DNA of 64,000 nt from Pedobacter sp. GTDB taxonomy: Bacteria > Desulfobacterota > Desulfuromonadia > Desulfuromonadales > Syntrophotaleaceae. Under the pieces are notes generated by a model that made no database searches, was not told where the DNA came from, and saw only the letters and a program-made list of their open reading frames with translations. Position 1 is the stretch's first letter. The number at the start of each line of letters is the position of its first letter. The stretch spans positions 32,001-96,000 of the forward strand of contig JBFWJC010000008.1 in NCBI GenBank assembly GCA_050253415.1. The letters are read 5' to 3'. A program made the position numbers and the translations under genes. Positions 10,921 through 21,355 of this stretch are shown piece by piece.

Positions 10921-10955
10921 CTTAGAGCATATCCAAACGGGAGAGAATCAAAATT

Positions 10956-11549
10956 TCATGTAAAGTGAGACACCAGAACAAAACCGCCAATACCTAAAAC
11001 CATAAGCGCAAATGTAAGATAATTAAAGTATTTCTCAATAAACCATCGAACGGACTGACCGCAGTAAAAAACCAGGGTAGCCAGCAGGAAAAAACGTAAG
11101 CTTCGACTCAGCAAGGATGCTACCATGAACATGCCGAAGTTGATATGAAAGACCCCGGCACCAATAGTGATAATTTTATAGGGAATCGGCGTGAAACCCG
11201 CTGTGAACACGACCCAGAAGTCGTATTCGGTAAAAAGCTTTTGAACGTGAGCAAATCCCTGCTCACTGAACATGGGGACATACTTATAAAACACCTCCCC
11301 CAGAGTATCCCAAAAACCTAAACCAATACCATATCCTAAAACCCCACCGAGAACGGATCCCACGGAAGCGACAGTAGCAAAACGAAATGCCTTGTATGGG
11401 ACCCCGAGAGCCAGTGCCACAAGCAACACATCCGGAGGAATTGGGAAAAAGGAGGATTCAGCGAAGGCCAGAAGAAACAAGGCGGGTACTCCGTAAGGAG
11501 TATTGGCCCAGCGCAGAACCCAATCATAAAGACGACGTAACAGCCTCAT
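10956..11549 (-). CDS. YqaA/DedA family membrane protein
   Basis: [18 protein letters not shown] motifs; hydrophobic. Confidence 0.9.
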   Translation of the reverse strand: MRLLRRLYDWVLRWANTPYGVPALFLLAFAESSFFPIPPDVLLVALALGVPYKAFRFATVASVGSVLGGVLGYGIGLGFWDTLGEVFYKYVPMFSEQGFAHVQKLFTEYDFWVVFTAGFTPIPYKIITIGAGVFHINFGMFMVASLLSRSLRFFLLATLVFYCGQSVRWFIEKYFNYLTFALMVLGIGGFVLVSHFT

Positions 11550-12205
11550 CCTTCCGACTCCTCTTCACTCCAACCGCATTTCCCGATCAATGGGACAAAG
11601 CGACAATCAAGAAGATTTTCTTCCGAGAATTTATCAAGTCCGGTGCGTACAACACGTTTAAGTATCTGGTTGCCACGACTTCCGACAGGGATCACCAAAC
11701 GCCCACCGATAGAGAGTTGCTCCAAGTAGTAATGGGGTATTTCAGGACTACCAGCCGTGACAATAATACCATCAAAAGGCGCCTCTTCCTCCCATCCAAA
11801 AGTTCCGTCCGTGAGCTTGATGTTCACATTTCTGCACCCGATCTCATCAAGAACCCGGCGTGCACGGCGAGCTAATGCGGGCAAACGCTCAACGGTATAG
11901 ACTCGAGAAACGAGCTGACTCAAAACCGCTGCCTGATAACCGGAGCCCGTACCCACTTCAAGTACTTTCTCTCCACCGCGCAGACACAGTGCTTCGGTCA
12001 TAAAGGCAACCATGTATGGCTGGGAAATGGTCTGTTTTTCTCCGATAGGGAGGGGATAATCACTATAAGCCTGAGACCGAAGCGCCTCCTCAACGAATAA
12101 ATGACGCGGCACACGCATCATGGCCGAGATCACAAGGGAGTCTGTCACCCCACGCCGAACAACCTGTTGTTCCACCATCAATCGACGGGCAATCGAATAA
12201 TCCAT
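11546..12205 (-). CDS. pcm: Protein-L-isoaspartate O-methyltransferase
   Basis: [29 protein letters not shown]. Confidence 0.96.
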   Translation of the reverse strand: MDYSIARRLMVEQQVVRRGVTDSLVISAMMRVPRHLFVEEALRSQAYSDYPLPIGEKQTISQPYMVAFMTEALCLRGGEKVLEVGTGSGYQAAVLSQLVSRVYTVERLPALARRARRVLDEIGCRNVNIKLTDGTFGWEEEAPFDGIIVTAGSPEIPHYYLEQLSIGGRLVIPVGSRGNQILKRVVRTGLDKFSEENLLDCRFVPLIGKCGWSEEESEG

Positions 12206-12353
12206 GTTTGGTTTTCCTTACAGCATGGGTCCATACGAACCAATGCCCCCCCTTTTTGAGAAAGCAATTAATATATTCAGGCCCGCGTCTAACGGACAAG
12301 GCCACAAATAGTCCTGCATCATCAACAAATAATTTTCGTTGGTTCGGCCGTAT

Positions 12354-13106
12354 TTAAGTTGTGGGATAATCGGCATACCAGGCAGAAAGACTTTCAAAAG
12401 ACTGAAAGTTCGTCAAATCCAGGTGCAACGGCGTTACCGAAATAAAATTTTGACGTAAGGCATGACAGTCGGTACCATCGGCTGATTCAAATTCGCATGC
12501 GTCACCACCGAGCCAATAATATTTGCGCCCACGTGGATCTACCTTTTCTACCACCATATCGCCATAACGCCTTCGCCCCTGACGCGTCAGACGTATTCCC
12601 CGAATAGGCCCTGCGGGAACATTTACATTAAGAAAAGTATCCGCAGGCAAACCATTCTGAACTACTTTCCGCGAAAGATATAAAGCAGCACAAGCCGCAT
12701 GTTTATATTCATCAGGGGAAAAAGCTTCACCGGCAAGCGATACGGCAAGTGCCGGTACCCCCATCAGAGTTGCCTCCATGGCAGCACATACCGTACCCGA
12801 ATAAGTAATATCATCACCAAGATTGGCACCACGGTTAATCCCTGCCACAACAAGATCAGGGACAGAAGCAAACAACCCATGTATACCAAGGTTGACGCAA
12901 TCAGTAGGTGTGCCATCAACGGAATAAACACCAGCGCGCAACTCATCGGCACGTACTGGAGCATGAAGAGTGAGGGCGTGCCCGATGGCACTGCGATCTC
13001 TATCGGGCGCGACAACCACGACCTGACCAAGCTCCCGCATCGATTCAGCCAAAGCTGCAATGCCAGGAGAATGAATACCGTCGTCGTTGGTTACCAGAAT
13101 CAGCAA
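12354..13106 (-). CDS. surE: 5'/3'-nucleotidase SurE
   Basis: LVTNDDG, GTPTDCV, GINRGANLG, YSGTV. Confidence 0.97.
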   Translation of the reverse strand: MLILVTNDDGIHSPGIAALAESMRELGQVVVVAPDRDRSAIGHALTLHAPVRADELRAGVYSVDGTPTDCVNLGIHGLFASVPDLVVAGINRGANLGDDITYSGTVCAAMEATLMGVPALAVSLAGEAFSPDEYKHAACAALYLSRKVVQNGLPADTFLNVNVPAGPIRGIRLTRQGRRRYGDMVVEKVDPRGRKYYWLGGDACEFESADGTDCHALRQNFISVTPLHLDLTNFQSFESLSAWYADYPTT

Positions 13107-13169
13107 TAAACGCCTCGTAGGAAGGTTATACCGGTATGGAAGGTATGAATCGGAAACACAGAACCTGCT

Positions 13170-13517
13170 CTATTCGAGAGAGGCCCGCAACTGCAATAAG
13201 TCCTGACGGATTTCCTGCAACACTCGAACAGCCTCATCAGGGTCAACAGATGAGGCTGCGGGTTCAGCGCCAGATTGTTTGGATAAAATCTTTTTGGCAC
13301 CTGCAATGGTATACCCCTGCAGATACAGCATGTCTTTGAGGGTAAGAACCAGTTCAATATCCGCCCTGCGATAAAGCCGTTGTTTACCTTGGCTCTTGAC
13401 CGGACGGATATTGCGAAACTCGGATTCCCAATAACGCAGGACATGTGGCTTAATGCCAGTCAGCTGCGCTACCTCGCCAATTTTGAAATAAAGTTTATCA
13501 GGAATGGACACCTGCAT
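13170..13517 (-). CDS. MerR-family transcriptional regulator
   Basis: YFKIGEVA...VLRYWESEF...RLYR; conserved ihfA-merR order. Confidence 0.9.
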   Translation of the reverse strand: MQVSIPDKLYFKIGEVAQLTGIKPHVLRYWESEFRNIRPVKSQGKQRLYRRADIELVLTLKDMLYLQGYTIAGAKKILSKQSGAEPAASSVDPDEAVRVLQEIRQDLLQLRASLE

Positions 13518-13540
13518 AATGCGTCCAGAACCGGGCAGGG

Positions 13541-13822
13541 TCAATCTTGCCCGTTTATAGCTGCCTTAAGTACCTGACTGGGCTTAAAGGTCAGGATATT
13601 ACGGGAGCTGATTTCAATTTCTTCACCGGTCTGTGGATTACGACCACGCCTGGTGGCTTTTTGTTTCACAACAAAATTTCCGAACCCGGCAAGTTTGATC
13701 TTTTCCCCATTTTCCAGGGTAGATTTTATCAGATCAAATACCATCTCAACGATATCCGAAGATTCCTTTTTAGAAAATCCGGTCTTAAGGTAAACTTTTT
13801 CTACCAGATCAGCCTTCGTCAT
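13541..13822 (-). CDS. ihfA: Integration host factor alpha subunit
   Basis: MTKADL, GFGNF, RRGRNPQTG, TFKPSQ; downstream of pheT. Confidence 0.93.
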   Translation of the reverse strand: MTKADLVEKVYLKTGFSKKESSDIVEMVFDLIKSTLENGEKIKLAGFGNFVVKQKATRRGRNPQTGEEIEISSRNILTFKPSQVLKAAINGQD

Positions 13823-13869
13823 GGCCTCATCCCCCTTTTGAACCACAGATACTTGAATTCACGCGTTTT

Positions 13870-13898
13870 TTTATAGCACAGGGACTTTTCCTAAGCAA
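13870..13898 (-). promoter_or_regulatory. Sigma70-like internal promoter for ihfA
   Basis: TTGCTT-N17-TATAAA with TG extended -10 on minus strand. Confidence 0.6.
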
Positions 13899-14220
13899 CC
13901 GATTTTTATCACATCAAGCCCAAGAAGCTGCTATTCGCAAAGAAAAGCAGCGATGCCATGGTATTGCCTGGGTTTCGGCATTCAAAGAATCCCGGATTGT
14001 AGCAGGGAAACCATGACCATTAACCAGCGTTTTAGGGCTCAACTGCTAGCGCCCTTCTGGCTGTAAAAAGGACTTAAAGTATGGCCAACGCCCGCTTATC
14101 AGGGTGCTGGCCACACAGAATGAAAGTAGCTTCATACTACCAGGGATGTTTAAATGCATCAGTGGTTCATCTTGGCACAAGACTCAGCCCGGTCAAAAAT
14201 AACGCAACAACCATGCAACC

Positions 14221-16635
14221 TCAACGAATCTCGATGCCTAGATTTGCAATCAGCGCTTTAACAATTCTATCATGAGCTTTCTGAATTTCTTCATCTTTGA
14301 GCGTTCGATCAGCACTACGATATAAAACCCGGATAGCCAGGCTTTTTTTACCCTCAGGCACGCCCTTTCCTCGGTAAAGATCAAACAGGGTGAAATCTTC
14401 CACCAGATTACCACACGATTTATTCAGGACTTTAAGAACCTCACTAAATGGCAGATCTTCATCAACCAGAAAAGCACTGTCTCTGGCTACCTGTGGGAAC
14501 CGTGACAACGCCTTAAATTTGGCGGCCCCACCAGAGGCTGCCAACAATTGTTCAAAATCCAGATCAAGAAGAAGAACCGGTTCATCAATTTCAAAAGCCG
14601 CCAGAACTTTGGGATGAATTTCTCCAAGGGTACCAAGGACTGTCTCCTTGAATCTTACGGTACAACTTTTCCCAGGGTGCAGGAAGGTTTCTCCGACACT
14701 GCCATCCCAGACAACCTCAGAGATATTAAACATATCCAAGACTTGCTCAACAACACCTTTAAGATCGAAGAAATCGACTTTATCGTTTACCTGTCCCCAA
14801 CCTTCAGGTTGGCGGCGTCCACACAAAATAGCGCAAAGTCGCCATTTCTCCAAAGGGAGAGCTTCACCGGGGTTTGGTAAAAAAACGGGGCGCAATTCAA
14901 ACAGTCGCAAATCCTGGTTCTGGTAAGCGAGATTGCGGGAAACCGATTCCAGAACACTCGGCACGAGACTGGTACGCATGACAGACTGATCTTCAGTGAG
15001 GGGATTCAGTATCTTAACCGGATCTCTTCGTATATCAGCTGCCTCCAGACCGATACGATCCCAGGAACCGGGAGCAACGAATGAATAATTTACAATTTCA
15101 CTGAAACCAGCCCCGACCATAACATTACGTAACCTAGCGGTTTCCTTAAGATGCCTGGGAGGAATATGACAAATCATGCGACCAGCTGGCATGGTAACGG
15201 GGATATGATCGTATCCATTGAGACGTGCGACTTCTTCGATGAGGTCGATTTCTCTTTCAAGGTCGGGCCGAAAAGACGGCACGACCACGACCAAACGCTC
15301 TTCATCGCTGCCCTCGGCGGGATACACATCAAGTTCGATGGATCGCAAATGGCCCTGTACATCTTCGAGCTTTAATTTAAGACCCAGTATTTCATTAACG
15401 CGCCTGATGGAAAGACCGATTTTCCGTTCACTCAAGGGCTTGGGATATTCGTCAATCCTCTCCCGGCATACAACTCCTCCAGCAACCTGACTGATAAGAG
15501 CAGCGGCTTTATCCAGTGCCACTGGCACCATTGCAACATCGCCACCTCGCTCAAACCGATGGGAAGCTTCGGTACGCAAGGCCAGACGTTTGCTGGTACG
15601 TCGTATAGTCAGTGGATTAAAATAAGCACTTTCAAGAAGGATATCGACGGTTTCCGGGATTATTTCGGAATTTTCTCCCCCCATAATACCGGCCAGCGCA
15701 ACCGGCCCCTTTCCATCGCAGATCACCAGGTCGTTTTCACCAAGGGAACGGGGGACACTGTCGAGAGTCTTAAACTGTTCGGACGAAGCGGCCCTCTTAA
15801 CCACGATACGGCCCTCTGCGAGACGGCGATAATCAAAAGCATGCAGAGGCTGCCCCAATTCCATAAGAATAAGGTTGGTTACATCAACGACATTATTAAT
15901 AGAGCGTTGGCCGACCGATTCCAGGCGGCGCACCAACCATTCCGGCGACGGCCCGATTTTAACACCAAGAATCAAACGAGCCGCATAACGAGGGCACAGT
16001 TCCGGGTCCTCAATAATTACTGAAGTGAGTTCGGATGTTTTTTGTTCACCTTCGATTAAAGTGGGCATAGTGACCTTAAGAGCACACCCCGCCATGGCGG
16101 ATACTTCTCGCGCCACACCCATAACACTCAGGCAATCAGGCCGATTGGGAGTAAGGCCAATTTCATACCGCACATCTTTAAGTCCCAAAGCATCAAAGAC
16201 AGGTTGGCCCAACTTAAAATCAGGCGATAGAATCATGATGCCATCGGAACTATCCGCAAGACCCAGTTCTTTTTGTGAACAGAGCATGCCAAAGGATTCC
16301 ATGCCGCGAATTTTCGATTTTTTAATTTTGAAATCGCCGGGGAGTATGGTGCCTACGGTAGCAAGGGCGACAAGATCACCGGTTTTATGATTAGTAGCGC
16401 CACAAACAACCTGCACGGTTTCTGTACCCGAATCGACCTGACACACCGTCAATTTATCGGCATCGGGATGCTTATCAACAGAAACCAACCTGGCAACAAC
16501 AACAGAATCAAATCCTTCGCCAATGCGCTCCATGCTATCTACTTCAAGTCCGGCCATAGTAAGACGGTGCGCCAGCTCATCAGGACTTAATTTAAAATCT
16601 ACAAACTCTTTCAACCAATTATAAGTAACGATCAT
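14221..16635 (-). CDS. pheT: Phenylalanine-tRNA ligase beta subunit
   Basis: HPDADKL, TPNRPDCLS, GQPLHAFD, C-terminal FDX-ACB domain. Confidence 0.97.
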   Translation of the reverse strand: MIVTYNWLKEFVDFKLSPDELAHRLTMAGLEVDSMERIGEGFDSVVVARLVSVDKHPDADKLTVCQVDSGTETVQVVCGATNHKTGDLVALATVGTILPGDFKIKKSKIRGMESFGMLCSQKELGLADSSDGIMILSPDFKLGQPVFDALGLKDVRYEIGLTPNRPDCLSVMGVAREVSAMAGCALKVTMPTLIEGEQKTSELTSVIIEDPELCPRYAARLILGVKIGPSPEWLVRRLESVGQRSINNVVDVTNLILMELGQPLHAFDYRRLAEGRIVVKRAASSEQFKTLDSVPRSLGENDLVICDGKGPVALAGIMGGENSEIIPETVDILLESAYFNPLTIRRTSKRLALRTEASHRFERGGDVAMVPVALDKAAALISQVAGGVVCRERIDEYPKPLSERKIGLSIRRVNEILGLKLKLEDVQGHLRSIELDVYPAEGSDEERLVVVVPSFRPDLEREIDLIEEVARLNGYDHIPVTMPAGRMICHIPPRHLKETARLRNVMVGAGFSEIVNYSFVAPGSWDRIGLEAADIRRDPVKILNPLTEDQSVMRTSLVPSVLESVSRNLAYQNQDLRLFELRPVFLPNPGEALPLEKWRLCAILCGRRQPEGWGQVNDKVDFFDLKGVVEQVLDMFNISEVVWDGSVGETFLHPGKSCTVRFKETVLGTLGEIHPKVLAAFEIDEPVLLLDLDFEQLLAASGGAAKFKALSRFPQVARDSAFLVDEDLPFSEVLKVLNKSCGNLVEDFTLFDLYRGKGVPEGKKSLAIRVLYRSADRTLKDEEIQKAHDRIVKALIANLGIEIR

Positions 16636-16721
16636 GACGGCGATCCTCTAAAAAGTATAAATACGGACAAGAAACGTCATAAGAACCCGTCGTTTAAAGG
16701 AAACGACGAATTCCAAACCTG

Positions 16722-17738
16722 TTAAAACTGACGCAAAAAGCGGATATCGTTTTCAAAAAACAACCGCAAATCATTTACGCCATACTTTAGCATGGCAATA
16801 CGTTCCACGCCCATACCGAAGGCAAAGCCGCTGTAAACTTCCGAATCGTAATTAACAGACTTAAAAACTTCAGGGTCGATCATGCCGCTGCCAAGAATTT
16901 CCAACCAACCCGAATTTTTGCAGACCCGGCATCCCTTCCCTTTACACATGACACACTGAATATCGACTTCGGCACTCGGTTCGGTGAAAGGGAAAAATGA
17001 AGGTCGAAAGCGAACTTCGAGACCTTTTCCAAAAATCTGGGACAAAAAGGCAGTCAGAATCCCTTTGAGATCGCCAAATGTGATGTTGCGTTCCACCAAA
17101 AAACCCTCTACCTGATGAAACATAGGGGTATGGGTAATATCAGAGTCTCTGCGATAAACCGTACCGGGTGCGATAATTCTAACGGGGGGTGCGTGTTTAA
17201 GCATGGTGCGAATTTGTACGGGAGACGTATGGGTTCGCAGGACGATATCATCATTAACATAAAAGGTATCCTGCATATCACGAGCAGGATGATCTTTAGG
17301 CATGTTAAGAGCTTCGAAATTATAAAAATCCTGCTCCACCTCGGGACCTTCGGCGACAGCAAACCCAAGAGCGGCAAATATGGCCGTAATCTCTTCGATA
17401 ACAAGCGTGACAGGATGCTTGGTTCCGGCGGGCAAACGTCGTCCAGGCAAAGAAACATCAACCCGTTCTTCGGCAAGACGTTTTTCCATTTCAATCTCGC
17501 CAAGAATACGGGAACGGTCTTCGAACAGGCTCTCAAGATCGCTTTTCACCTGGTTGGCTAACGCACCCAGAATAGGTCTCTCTTCCGGACTGAGTTTTCC
17601 CATCTCTTTCATGATGGCCGTCAGTTCGCCCTTTTTACCGAGAAAACGAACGCGGGTTTCCTGTAAAATAGCGGCGGAAGAGGCAGCTTCAAAAGCTGCA
17701 CGTCCATGCTCCAGCATGGCATTAAGTTTTTCTCTCAT
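16722..17738 (-). CDS. pheS: Phenylalanine-tRNA ligase alpha subunit
   Basis: [36 protein letters not shown]. Confidence 0.97.
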   Translation of the reverse strand: MREKLNAMLEHGRAAFEAASSAAILQETRVRFLGKKGELTAIMKEMGKLSPEERPILGALANQVKSDLESLFEDRSRILGEIEMEKRLAEERVDVSLPGRRLPAGTKHPVTLVIEEITAIFAALGFAVAEGPEVEQDFYNFEALNMPKDHPARDMQDTFYVNDDIVLRTHTSPVQIRTMLKHAPPVRIIAPGTVYRRDSDITHTPMFHQVEGFLVERNITFGDLKGILTAFLSQIFGKGLEVRFRPSFFPFTEPSAEVDIQCVMCKGKGCRVCKNSGWLEILGSGMIDPEVFKSVNYDSEVYSGFAFGMGVERIAMLKYGVNDLRLFFENDIRFLRQF

Positions 17739-17803
17739 ATTCCGTTCCATTCGTCCCGTTTGAAAACCAAAGATGCGGTCCGGTATAAACATCCCGCACC
17801 GCA

Positions 17804-17842
17804 CAAAAAAAAAGAGATGAGGCCCTGCCTCATCTCTTTTTT
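17804..17842. terminator. Bidirectional terminator between rplT and pheS
   Basis: An-GAGATGAGGC-CCT-GCCTCATCTC-Tn. Confidence 0.85.
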
Positions 17843-17857
17843 CTGAACTCGATCATC

Positions 17858-18214
17858 TTACTGAAGCTGGGCTTTGGCTTTTTCCGCGATGGCGCTAAAG
17901 CCAGCAGGATCTGTTACAGCCAGCTCTGCCAGAACCTTGCGGTCCAGAGCGATTTCTGCCTTTTTCAGACCGAAAACAAACCGACTGTAAGATACGCCGT
18001 TGTCACGTGCCGAAGCGTTAATCCGGGCAATCCATAATGCACGAAAATCCCGTTTTTTAACACGGCGGTCACGAAACGCATAATTAAGCGCACGATCAAC
18101 CGCCTCTGTAGCACTGCGAAACAACTTACTACGGGCGCCGCGATAACCTTTAGCCAGCTTTAAAACCTTATTACGACGACGTCTCGCTTTGAATCCTCTT
18201 TTTACTCTTGGCAT
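17858..18214 (-). CDS. rplT: 50S ribosomal protein L20
   Basis: MPRVKRG...LAKGYRG...LWIARINA...DRKVLA. Confidence 0.97.
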   Translation of the reverse strand: MPRVKRGFKARRRRNKVLKLAKGYRGARSKLFRSATEAVDRALNYAFRDRRVKKRDFRALWIARINASARDNGVSYSRFVFGLKKAEIALDRKVLAELAVTDPAGFSAIAEKAKAQLQ

Positions 18215-18319
18215 GCAACTACTCCTCGTGGTGGTGAGCGGATAATCCCGCTGCCGGATCTGAAGGGGGAGACATTTCCCCACAGTTCACGGACTTAAAT
18301 ATGACCCACCGTCTCGCTC

Positions 18320-18517
18320 TTAAATGTAAGGGATAAGACAGCTGATATTTTTATGGTCAGCCTTGGCAACAATCGTACCCTGTCGAAGGTCGCGTTTACG
18401 CTTGGTCGACTTTTTGGTCAGAATGTGACTGGTAAAGGCCTTGTTGCGACGAATTTTACCGGTGCCGGTTTTGCGGAAACGCTTAGCAGCTCCACGGTTG
18501 GTTTTAATCTTTGGCAT
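18320..18517 (-). CDS. rpmI: 50S ribosomal protein L35
   Basis: [14 protein letters not shown]...[12 protein letters not shown]. Confidence 0.97.
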   Translation of the reverse strand: MPKIKTNRGAAKRFRKTGTGKIRRNKAFTSHILTKKSTKRKRDLRQGTIVAKADHKNISCLIPYI

Positions 18518-18620
18518 GGAAACGTTCTCCTTGGTATCATGACGCGACACAGTGTGCCCTATCAGGCATCATTGATGTTCGCGGTATTATCCGATCGTTA
18601 TTTTCGATCGGCATATTAGC

Positions 18621-19136
18621 TTATTTTTTCTTCGGTGCGATTACCATAGTCATGAAACGTCCCGCCATTCGCGGAGACATCTCCACCACTGCGATATCAG
18701 CTACCTCATCGGCGACCCGTTTCATCAGACCGTAACCAAATTCCGGATGAGTAACCTCGCGACCACGGAACATGACGGTCACTTTTACCTTGTTGCCATC
18801 TTCAAGAAACCGCAAGGCATTTCTAACCTTTACCTGAAAATCATGATCCTCCGTCTTGGGCCGCATCTTGACTTCTTTGATATCGACACGCGCAGACTTC
18901 TTTTTGGCCTCTGCGGCACGCTTGCTCGCCTGATACTTATACTTGCCGTAATCCATGATACGACACACAGGCGGGCTCGCATTGGGCGAAACCTCTACGA
19001 GATCGAGCCCTCGCTCTTCCGCTGCAAGCAGAGCTTGGTTAACGCTCATGACACCGAGCATTTCCCCTCCGTCTACGACGACACGGACTTCCTTGGCTCG
19101 AATGGCGCGATTGACGCGCGTTTCCTCCTTAGCTAT
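18621..19136 (-). CDS. infC: Translation initiation factor IF-3 with non-canonical ATA start
   Basis: Frame stays open upstream of the track ORF (IAKEETRVNRAIRAKEVRVV); AGGAGG-N7-ATA at 19136; LDLVEVSPNA, KVKVTVMFRGRE. Confidence 0.93.
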   Translation of the reverse strand: MAKEETRVNRAIRAKEVRVVVDGGEMLGVMSVNQALLAAEERGLDLVEVSPNASPPVCRIMDYGKYKYQASKRAAEAKKKSARVDIKEVKMRPKTEDHDFQVKVRNALRFLEDGNKVKVTVMFRGREVTHPEFGYGLMKRVADEVADIAVVEMSPRMAGRFMTMVIAPKKK

Positions 19137-19147
19137 GGTAGCACCTC

Positions 19148-21064
19148 CTAACGATACTGATCACACTCTTCCTGAACGAATCGTGCAAAGTCTTCAGGAC
19201 TCATGGGTTCCAGGTTTTTGCCGGTTCGGAAGCGAGGAGCGACGGTACCATCCGCCAACTCTTTATCCCCGATCACTAGCATGTACGGTATTTTTTCCAC
19301 CTGGGCCTCTCGGATCTTGAAGCCAAGTTTTTCGTTTCGCAGATCACACTGTACACGAATCCCAGCGGCTCGCAAAGCATCGGTGACCTTTTCAGCATAT
19401 TCAGCCTGATTATCCGTCACATTGATCACAACAGCCTGAACCGGCGCGAGCCACAATGGAAAGTTACCCGCATAATGTTCGATCAAAACGCCGATAAAGC
19501 GTTCAATGGCCCCGAGGATGACGCGATGCAACATGACCGGCCGATGTTTTTCACCATCTTTGCCGACATATGTAAGATCGAAACGCTCAGGTAAGGTAAA
19601 ATCGCACTGGATTGTAGCACACTGCCATCTTCTGTCAAGAGCGTCCTTGAGCTTGATATCGATCTTGGGCCCATAAAAGGCACCGTCGCCCTCGTTAATC
19701 TCGTGAGGCAACTCAAGATCTCTCAAAGCTCCCATCAATGCATTGGTAGCACGCCCCCAGTCTTCGTCGCTGCCAATAGATTTTTCCGGTCTTGTGGAAA
19801 TCTCGATTTCATATTCAAAACCGAAAATAGCCATGACATCCCGCACAAACTCGAGGACGCGTTTGATCTCGCCGTCGAGTTGATCCGGAGTACAAAGAAT
19901 ATGGGCATCGTCCTGAGTAAAGCCTCGAACGCGCAGCAGACCATGCAATACGCCGGACTTTTCATGCCTGTGAACCGTACCGAGTTCAAAGTAGCGCAGG
20001 GGCAAGTCACGGTAGGAACGTTGACGGGATTTATAAATAAGCATATGGGCAAGACAGTTCATGGGTTTAAGCCCATATCCCTGACCGTCCACGTCAGTAA
20101 AATACATATTTTCGCGATAGTTGTCAAAATGACCGGAAATCTTCCACAGATCCGTGCGGAGAATTTGAGGCCCCATAACAATATCGTAGCCACGGCGAAG
20201 ATGCTGACGACGTTCGAAGTCTTCCAGCAAGGTGCGCAACATTGCACCCTTCGGATGCCATATCACCAGACCCGCGCCAGCTTCTTCACTGAAGGAAAAA
20301 AGATCCAACTCACGCCCGATGCGACGATGATCTCGCTTGCGAGCTTCTTCGAGCTTGTTCAAGTAAGTACGGAGGTCTTTCTTATCAGGAAATGCCGTTG
20401 CGTAAATGCGCTGCAGCATGGCATTTTTTTCACTGCCACGCCAGTATGCACCGGCCACGCTGGTAAGCTTAAAAGCCTTAATAAAGCCGGTAGATGGCAG
20501 ATGAGGACCACGACACAGGTCAACAAAATCGCCCTGACGATAAAGAGAGACGGTCGGCGCATCCAGGTCTTCGATCAACTCGACCTTGTAATGTTCACCG
20601 AGTTGCCGAAACAGCTCAATAGCACTATCGCGCGTAACTTCCTCGCGACAAACAGGCAGATTGGCCTTAGCCAATTCTTGCATCCGCTTCTCTATTTTTT
20701 CAAAATCATCAGGTGAAAAGGTATGATCCTGACAGAAGAAATCGTAGTAAAAACCGTTTTCGATGGCAGGTCCGATAGTGACTTGAACTTTGTCACCATA
20801 GATATCCTTAACCGCATGGGCCATGAGGTGGGCTGAGGTATGGCGATATACTTCAAGCCCCAAGGGGGAGTTCAAAGTAATAATCTCCAACCGACCACTC
20901 TGGGTAAGCGGCACAGACAGGTCGATCATACAATCGTTGAACCGGGCCGCCACTGCCTGGCGAGCCAGACCTGCACCGATCCCGGCTGCCACATCACCAG
21001 CGGTGGTCGCTTCAGAAAATTCCTTTATAGAACCATCTGGCAATTCAATCTGAATCATGACCAC
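19148..21064 (-). CDS. thrS: Threonine-tRNA ligase
   Basis: TGS domain, [26 protein letters not shown]. Confidence 0.97.
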   Translation of the reverse strand: MVMIQIELPDGSIKEFSEATTAGDVAAGIGAGLARQAVAARFNDCMIDLSVPLTQSGRLEIITLNSPLGLEVYRHTSAHLMAHAVKDIYGDKVQVTIGPAIENGFYYDFFCQDHTFSPDDFEKIEKRMQELAKANLPVCREEVTRDSAIELFRQLGEHYKVELIEDLDAPTVSLYRQGDFVDLCRGPHLPSTGFIKAFKLTSVAGAYWRGSEKNAMLQRIYATAFPDKKDLRTYLNKLEEARKRDHRRIGRELDLFSFSEEAGAGLVIWHPKGAMLRTLLEDFERRQHLRRGYDIVMGPQILRTDLWKISGHFDNYRENMYFTDVDGQGYGLKPMNCLAHMLIYKSRQRSYRDLPLRYFELGTVHRHEKSGVLHGLLRVRGFTQDDAHILCTPDQLDGEIKRVLEFVRDVMAIFGFEYEIEISTRPEKSIGSDEDWGRATNALMGALRDLELPHEINEGDGAFYGPKIDIKLKDALDRRWQCATIQCDFTLPERFDLTYVGKDGEKHRPVMLHRVILGAIERFIGVLIEHYAGNFPLWLAPVQAVVINVTDNQAEYAEKVTDALRAAGIRVQCDLRNEKLGFKIREAQVEKIPYMLVIGDKELADGTVAPRFRTGKNLEPMSPEDFARFVQEECDQYR

Positions 21065-21080
21065 TCACTTTCTCCGCGAA

Positions 21081-21106
21081 TAAAAAGAGGCATCCGAAGA
21101 TGCCTC
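21081..21106 (-). terminator. Terminator after tRNA-Val
   Basis: GAGGCATC-TTCG-GATGCCTC-TTTTT on minus strand. Confidence 0.8.
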
Positions 21107-21133
21107 GACTATACGCGCGGTGTTTGTAGTATA

Positions 21134-21208
<75 letters not shown>

Positions 21209-21355
21209 ACAAAACTGCGACGGGGCAAATTAATATCAAAACGCAGGTATGTGTGTCAACATGTTTTCCATCATACCTGTAAAAAAAATCATGGCATAGG
21301 GAAAAATCTCTGTTTAGAGCCTCAATGGCTAAAAATTTAAATCAACAACAAAGCC

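Noticed and set aside
13900..14220. Possible riboswitch or ncRNA in the pheT-ihfA spacer
   Set aside because: No riboswitch consensus or convincing long stem recognised by eye; an Rfam scan would be needed
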